Source of the DNA: Mobula birostris
Lineage: Eukaryota
Assembly: GCF_030028105.1 (NCBI RefSeq)
Contig: NC_092377.1
Coordinates: forward strand, 3,601,079 to 3,665,078
DNA length: 64,000 nucleotides
Direction: 5' to 3'
Shown: in pieces, positions 37,501 to 46,500 of the stretch
Position numbering within the stretch: position 1 is the stretch's first letter
How the letters are laid out: every line of letters begins with the position of its first letter
Position numbers and translations under genes: made by a program
Notes under the pieces: generated by a model
The model's database searches: none
The model's input: the letters and a program-made list of their open reading frames with translations, nothing else
What the model was told of the DNA's origin: nothing

Positions 37501-40500
37501 TGGGAGGCAGGATTTATGAACATTTGGAGAGGTATAATATGATTTGGAATAGTCAGCATGGCTTTGTCAAGGGCAGGTCATGCCTTACGAGCCTGATTGA
37601 ATTTCTTGAGGATGTGATAAACAGATTGATGAAGGAAGAGCAGTAGATGTAGTGTATATGGATTTCAGCAAGTTACCCCATGCAAGGCTTATTGAGAAAG
37701 TAAGGAGGCATGGGATCCAAGGGGACATTGCTTTGTGGATCCAGAACTGGCTTGTCCACAGAAGGCATAGAGTGGTTGTAGACAAGTCATATTCTGCATG
37801 GAGGTCGGTGACTGGTGGTGTGCCTCAGGGATCTGTTCTGGGATCCCTACTCTTCGTGATTTTTATAAATGACCTGGATGAGGAAGTGGAGGGATGGGTT
37901 AGTAAATTTGCTGATGACACAAAGGTTAGGTGTGTTGTGCATAGTGTGGAGGGCTGTCAGAGGTTACAGTGGGACATTGATAGGATGCAAAACTGGGCTG
38001 AGAAGTGGCAGATGGAGTTCAACCCAGATAAGTGTGAAGTGGTTCATTTTGGTAGGTCAAATACGATGGCAAAATATAGTACTAATGGTAAGACTCTTGG
38101 CAGTGTGGAAGATCAGAGGGATCTTGGGGTCAGAGTCCATAGGATGCTCAAAGCAGCTGCGTAGGTTGACACTGTGGTTAAGAAGGCATACGGTGCATTG
38201 GCCTTCATCAATCATGGAACTGAATTTAGGAGCCGAGAGGTAATGTTGCAGCTATATAGGACCCTGGTCAGACCCCACTTGGAGTACTGTGCTCAGTTCT
38301 GGTTGCCTCACTACAGGAAGGATATGGAAGCCATAGAAAGGGTGCAGAGGAGATTTACAAGGATGTTGCCTGGATTGGGGAGCATGCCTTATGAGAATAG
38401 GTTGAGTGAACTCGGCCTTTTCTCCCTGGAGCAACGGAGGATGAGAGGTGACCCAATAGAGGTGTATAAGATGATGAGAGGCATTGATCGTGTGGATAGT
38501 CAGAGGCTTTTTCCCACGGCTGAAATGGTTGCCATAAGAGGACACAGGTTTAAGGTGCTGGGAAGCAGGTGCAGAGGAGATGTCAGGGGTAAGTTTTTCA
38601 CTCAGAGAGTGGTGAGTGCATGGAATGGGCTGCCAGCAACGGTGGTGGAGGCGGATACGATAGGGTCTTTTAAGAGACTTTTGAATAGGTACATGGACGT
38701 TAGAAAAGTAGGTAAGCCTTGTAATTTCTAAGGTAGGGACCTGTTCGACACAACCTTGTGGGCTGAAGGGCCTGTATTGTGCTGTAGGTTTTCTATGTTT
38801 CTATGCTTACACTCCAGGGAAAACCATCCGACTCTCTGTTCTACTGGGGACATTACAGAACCCCCTGTGTCTGACAGTCATCGTGTGAAGGTTGAATACT
38901 GAGATGCTGTTATTGTCAGTGTGAACTGATGTTGACTTACCAGTTACGTTGAGCTGTGTTCCTCCTCCGTAGATGTAACTCCACACTCTGCAGTTGTACA
39001 CTGCAGTGTCACTAATAGATGAGTGGCTGATGGTCAGAATGTAACTGTTACTCACGACATTCCTGTAAGACTGAAAACGGTCAGAGATATACCCAGACCT
39101 GCTCACAGAGTCATTCACAAAGTGACTCAACGCCCACTCGCTCTTGTTCCCAGGCCGCTGGTGGTACCAGTGGACATCAGTGACATTCACACTGGCATTA
39201 TACAAGGCACAGTGGAGCTGGACAGTTACACCCTCCGGCACCTTGCTGATTGGTGGATCCTGCACAAGGACGGGATCATCCGCGGGATCTGTGTGTTGGA
39301 TATGTAGACATTAATGTATATTTATGGAGCTCAATACAAGGCAGTGTATTTCCCTGGCATTTAACAGTTTCTAAAATTTAAATAAATGTTTGCAACAAGA
39401 ATAATTTACAGATCCTTACTGCTCAATTATATCTGGCTGGTTCTGATGGTTCGGCAGCCCTGCGGTCAGGGGGTCTGTTATAGTTTGGAGAGAATTCTGA
39501 GGACCATGTTGCATCGGTTGATAATATTTCCCCTTTATTCCTGATTAGTTCTACCCTCACTCTAGCTGTTCTCCAGTTCCTCATCTAGAATGTAGCATGC
39601 CTTGGATTTTCCTTATTCCTGCTCACCAAGACTCATTTCAGCTCTCTCAAATCCCAAGTAAAGATCCTTCCTGGTGACCTTATAACTCTCAAGAGCTCCA
39701 TCTGATTTTTTACTTCCTAAACCTTATGTGTACTTCCTTCTTCCTCTTGACCAGATGTTCCACTTCTCTTGTCAACCATGGTTCCTTCACCCTCCCTTCC
39801 TTTCCCTGCCTCAACGAAACAAAGCTATCCAGAACCCCATGGAAGTTGTCCCTAAACAACCTCCACATTTCTGTTCAGTGAGTGATAGAATTATCAATAT
39901 TCATGGTTTGAATGAGGGGGGAGAGTTGGTTCATTTAAATCCATCACCAGCCAGAGTTCTCTTCTTTCCAGGGCTTTTAGTTAGGCACCTTTGCAGTGTC
40001 CATCTGTAATAATAACATTACAAATTGGACAATCCATAATAACTGCCCGGATATTAAAAAATACAGGATAAACAAGCAATAACAACTTACTTAGTAGATA
40101 TAGCCATTCCAAACACACAAAACTTACAGAAGTCGGTAAGTGAAAAACACCAGAACTGTGCTTAATTAAAAGTGGAAATTGAAAGACTATGGAACATGAA
40201 CAGGGTATACATTGTCCCAGTGGTAATATCTACAATTGGTATCATCGCAAAGGCACGACGCAATAGCATTAAACAATTAGGGCTACACAGCAGTGCTTAT
40301 GTAAATCTTCAGGAAGCCACAATATTAAACACCACTTGAGTAATCCAATAGCTCCTAGCAATTTAGAAATGAGTGTGCTTGGCTATGCCTGTACCTCCGA
40401 TTCACCAGCTGGAGCTGAGAAAAAAAAATCATAATAACTTATTTATAGTGTACTTTTCATATGGACTGGTGACATCTTGCATCTAAGACCAGGTTGGTAT

Positions 40501-43500
40501 TGTCTTTCATTGATCCTATAATGGTTATTATTCTATTATGGACTTATTGAGTATGCCGGTAAGAAAAAGAATCTCAGAGATGTTTTTGGTGACAGATATG
40601 TATTTTAATATTACATTTACTTTAGAAAACTTGTTAGTTAAAAGAGATGGCATTTAAAAGTATCATCTGAGTCTGCATTTCTTATAGTTTTAGGTTTTGA
40701 ATTCCACAGTTTAGGTGCTTTTGAGGGAGGTGTTTTAGATTTAAAAGAGCCTGATCTATGACTCTGAACACTGAACAGCTTCTCCTTTTCTCTCCTGTGA
40801 TAACACACTCCGCATTGACAATTATTTTCAAATATCCAACTGGACACACAGAGCAGACGGTCAGTCACCATGTTGGTGCTCCCCACCCATGAGTTAGGGG
40901 CCACAGTACTCTGGATGGTGTCCCAGTGATGGGGCTCCAGTATTACACTGTGTGTTCTTCAGTACAATGTGCCCAGCCACGGGAAGTGAGTGGTGATGGA
41001 ATAACTCCCAATGCAGGAACACACTGCTGAATAAATAGAACTTGTACTCACTGGTTACGATGAGCTGGGTGCCATTCCCGTTGATGTCTCCCCAAACACT
41101 GCAGTAATAGACGGCAGAATCACTGTGCACCACGTCTGTGACTGTCAGGGTGAAGCTGCTGTTGGACGTGTCTCTGTAGGACTGGAACCTCTCAGAGAAA
41201 CCCCGTCCCCACTCTGATCTGCCTCCTACCCTGTGTGTTAAAACCCACTCCATGTCCTGCCCAGGTAGTTTCCGATACCAGTGGACGTCGGTGTCTTCCA
41301 GCCTGGCTTTGTTCATGGTACACCATAACCACGCCGTGTGACCCTCAGTGACACGCTGTATGCTCGGGGACTGGATAAGGACAGGAACGTCTGCACCTGT
41401 AAGGGAGAATATCGTCACTTCAACCCCAGCTTGAAGCAGTCATCTTTTGTTACATGACCTCTTGTGAAAGTACAAACACTTTATTGCTTCTGATATTAAT
41501 ATTATGTTGCAGCTGTTCCAGAGTTTACAGAGTTCAGGTGAGACCAATGATGGGTGATAAATATGTGCTTCAGGTAATCACCACCCACTTTAAGTTGAAC
41601 GTGGAACAGTACAGAACTGGACAGGACATCTGGCCTTGATGTTGCGTTGACCTTGATGGTCATTTATGTTAAATATCCTCCTCCTATGTATCATTCATAT
41701 CCCTCCTTTCCCTTTGTATTCACGTGTCCATCTAAAATCCTCAAAGTTGAACAAACTCCGTGCTCCACTCCTACCCCAGTAACCTGTTCCAGCCAGATAC
41801 AGTAGATTCTGGTTCATTGGGACATCGGTTAATCAGGGAGCCGCTTATTTGGGACATCTCTTAAATAACAAAAACTAATTGAGAAAATAGGCAGGATTCA
41901 CTTTGTTTATTTGGGACACTAAGTCACTGAATAGTTTCTAACGAGCGTCAGTCATGTGTGCTTGTAAGGCCGTTAACATAACCATAAGACCATAATAATT
42001 AGGCCATTTCGCCCATTGAGTCTGCTCCGTCATTTCATCATGGCTAATCCAATTTCCTCTCAGCCCCAAACTCCTGCCTTCTCCCCGAATCCCTTCATGC
42101 CCTGACCAATCCAGAATCTATCAACCTCTGCCTTATATATACATAAAGACTTGGCCTCCACAACTGCCTGTGGCAAAGAATTCCACAGATTCACTACTCT
42201 CTTGCTGAAGAAATTCGTGCTCATCTCTATTCTAAAAGGATGCCTCTCTGTTCTAAGGCTGTGTCCTCTGGTCTTAGAGTATCCCACCATAGGAAACATC
42301 CTCTCCACAACCACTCTACCAAGACCTTTCACCATTTGATAGTTTGCATTTAAATCATCCTTCAGTATTCTGAACCCTAGTAAATACAGGCCCAGAGCCA
42401 TCAAACACTCTTCATATGACAAGCCATTCAATCCTGCAATCATTTTCGTGAAACTTGTTTGAACCCTCTCCGGTTTCAGCACATCCTTTCTAAGATACGG
42501 GGCCCAAAACTGCTCACAATACTCTAAGTGAGGTCTCACCAGTGCTTTATAAAGTCTCATCATTACGTCCTGGGAAGTGGATGAAGGCAAGGCAGTGGAT
42601 GTTGTCTATATGGACTTTAGCAAGGTATTTCACAGGGTCACACATGGCAGGCTGGTCAAGACGGTTCAGTAGCTCCACATTGGAGAAGTGTAGAGGAAGT
42701 TTACCAGGTTGATTCCAGAGATGAGGGGTTAGATTATGAAGAGAGACTCAGTTGCCTGAGACTGTATTTGCTGGAATTCAGAGGGATAAGAGGAGATCTT
42801 ATAGAAACATATAACATTATGAAAGACATAGATAAGATAGAAGCAGGAAAGTTGTTTCCACTGGTTGGTGAGACTAGAACTAAGGGACATAGCCTCAAGA
42901 TTCAGGGGAGTAGATTTAGGACGGAGATGAGGAGGAACTGCTTTTTCCAGAGAGTGGTCAATCTGTGGAATTCTCTGCCCAATGAAGCAGTGGAGGATAC
43001 CTCAGTAAATATACTTAAGACAAGGCTGGATAGATTTTTGCATAGTCGGGGAATTAAGGGTTATGGGGAAAGGGCAGGTGGGTGGAGATGAGTCCATGGT
43101 CAGATCAGCCATGATCTTATTGAATGACAGAGCAGGCTCGATGGGTCAGATGGCCTACTCCTGCTCCTATTTTCTATCTTATGTTCATTCAAGGTGAGGT
43201 AGTCAATTGTATTAGACAGTGGCTTTGTGGAAGAAGCCAAAGAGTGGTAGCAGATGTTTGCCTCTCTGACTGGTGGCCTGTGACCTGTGGTATATCCCAG
43301 GGATCGGTGCTGGGTCCATTGTTATTTGTCATCTATATCAACTATCTGGATGATAATGTGGTTAACTGGATCAACAAATTTGCAGATGACACCAGGATTG
43401 GGGGTATAGTGGATAGTGAGTTAGGCTATCATGGCTTGCAGAGGGATTTACATCAGCTGATGAAAATGGGCTGTACAATGGCAAATGGAATTTAATGTAG

Positions 43501-46500
43501 ACAAGTGTGAGGTGTCGCACTTTGGTAGAACCAACCGACGGTCGGGCACTGAGGAGTGTGGTAGAACAAAGGGATCTGGGAACACAGGTCCATAATCTCC
43601 TGCCTTCTCCCCATATACCTTCATACATTGACCAATCAAGAATCTTATTACCTCTGCCTTAAATATACACAAAGACTTGGCCTCCACAGCTGACTGTGAC
43701 AAAGAATTCCATAGATTCACCACTTTCTTTTGAATAGGTTAGGACTTTACTCCTTGGAATATAAAAGGTTGCGAGGAGGTTCGATAGAGGTATTCAAAAT
43801 TATGAGGGGAGTAAATCCTTTCCACAGAGGCTGGATGGGACCACAAACAGAAGTCATGGGGTAAGGGTGAAAGGTGAAAAGCTTAAGGGGAACATGAGGG
43901 AAAACTTCTTCACCCAGAGGGCTGTGAGAGTGTGGAATGAGCTGCCAGCACAAGTGGTGCACGCGAGCTCGATTTCAACTCTTAAGAAAAGTTTGGATAG
44001 GTTCATGGACCATAGTGGTATGGAGGGCTATTGTGCCAATGGGGGCAATGGGAGTGGGCGATTTAAATGGTTTCAGCATCGACTAGTTATGTTGATGTTA
44101 TGATAGAGCTGAGGATGAGCCAGCATGTTGACAAGTTAATGATGTAACATGAATGTAACAAAGGACAAGCCAATGACTGGGTACCAATGCAGATAGAGCA
44201 GTGAGTTATATTGTACCAAAATTCAAAGGAGTGAAAAATGCAGGACTGAAGGTGCTGTATTTAAATGTGTGTAGCATTCGGAATAAGGTGGATGAACTCA
44301 TGGCGCAATTAGAGATGGTCAGTATGACATTGTGGGCAACACTGAGTCGTGGCTGAAAGAAGGCCATAGTTGAGAGCTTAACATCAAAGGATATACTTTA
44401 TTCGGAAGGACAGGCAGGACGGCATAGGCAGTGGTGTGACTCTGTTGGCAAGAGATGGAATTACATCTTTAGAAAGAGGTGACATGGGGTCAGAGAATGT
44501 TGAATCTTTGTGGGTGAAGCTAAAATGGGTAAAAAAGATCATTATGAGATTGCAAAGGGAGCTGGAAAGGGCGTCTAACAAGAGTAATGTCACAATTGTA
44601 ATGGGGGAGTTCAACATGCAAGAAGATTGGAAAAATCAGTTTGATGTCAGATAGCAAGAGAGAACGTTTTTTGACCGCCTATGAGATGGCTTTTTAGAGC
44701 AGATTGTGCTTGTGCCTACTTGGGGAAAGGCTATCTTAGTTTGGGTGTTGTGTCATAACTCAGATCAAATTAAGATGCTTAATGTAAAGTAACCCTGAGG
44801 AGGCAGTGATCATAATATGATTGAATTCATACTGGAAGTCACATGTATCAGTATCACAATGGAATAAAGGGAATTACACAGGCCTGAGAGAACAGCTTGC
44901 CTATGTGGATTGGAGGAGGATACTGGAGGGTATGATGGCAGAGCAGAGATGGCTGAGTGTTTGGGAATAGTTCACAAGGCACAGGATAGATATATCCCAC
45001 AGAGGAAGAATTTCTCAAATGGCAGGGGTAGGCAACTGTGGCTGATAAGGAAAGTTAAGGACTGCATAAAAGCCAAGGAAAAGGCATAAAAGCTAGCAAA
45101 AGTGAGTGGGAAGTTGGATGATTGGGAAGCTTTTGAAATCCAACAACAGCAACTAAAAAGGCAATAGGAAGGAAAAAGATGAAATATGAAGGCAGACTAG
45201 CCAATAATATAAAGCAGGATACCAAAAGTTTTGTTTTTCAGTTGTATAAAGAGTAAAAGGGAGGTGAAAATTGATATTGGACCACTGGAAAATGACGCTG
45301 GTGAGGTAGTAATGGGGGACAAAGAAATGGCAGGTGAACGTAATGGGTACGTTACATCAGTCTTCACTGTGGAAGACACTAGCAGTGTGCCAGAGGTCAC
45401 TGAGTGTCAGGGAGCAGAGTGAGTGCCATTGCTATTAGAAAGGAAAAATTGCCCTTCAAAATCAAATCTCAAGGTGGATAAGTCCCCTGGGCCAGATGGA
45501 CTACATCCCAGAGACCTGAGAGAGGTTGCTGACGAGATAACGGATGCATTGGTCATGATCTTTCAAGAATCACTTGATCCTGGCATCGTCCCTGAGGACT
45601 GGAAGATTGTAAATGTCATTCCACTCTTTAAGAAGGGAGGAAGGCACAAGAAAGGAAATTATAGGCCAGTTAACCTAATTTCAGTGGCTGGGAAAATGTT
45701 GGAGTCTATTATGAAGGATAAGGTTTCAGGGTACTTGAGACTAATGATGAAATAGGTCAAAGTCAGCATGGCTTTTTTAAAGGGAAATCTTGCCTGACAA
45801 ATCTCTTAGACTTCTTCGAGGAAGTAACAAGCAGGGTGGACAAAGGAGAGGCAGTGGATGTCACTTACTTGGATTTTCAGAAGGCATTTGATAAGGTGCC
45901 ACACATGAGGCTCCTTAACAAGATAAAGTCCTATGGCATTATAGGAAAGAGACTGGCATGGATAGCAGAATAGCTGACGGGCAGGAGGCAGTGAGTGGGA
46001 ATAAAAGGGGCCTTTTCTGGTTGGCTGTTGGTGACCAGTGGTGTTCCTCAGGGGTCAGTATTGGGACCGCTACTTTTCACATTGCTTGTCAATGATTTGG
46101 ATAATGGAATTGATGGTTTTGTGGCAAAGTTTGCGGGTGATATGAACATAGGTGGAGGGGTACGTAGTACTGAGGAAGCAATGCGATTCGAGCTGGAGTT
46201 TGACAAATTGGAAGAATGGGCAAAAAAGTGGCAGATGGAATATAGTGTTGGGAAATGTATGATAATGCATTTTGGTAAAAGGAACAATAGTGCAGACTAT
46301 TATCTAAATGGGGAGAAGGTTCAAACATCAGAAGTGCAGAGGGACTTAGGAGTCCTCATGCAAGACTCCCAGAAGGTTAATTTACAAGTTGAGTCTGTGG
46401 TAAAGAAGGCAACTGCAACGTTGGCATGTATTTCAAGGGGAATAGAATATAAAAGCAAGGAGATAATGATATAAGACACTAGTCAGGCTGCACTTGGAGT

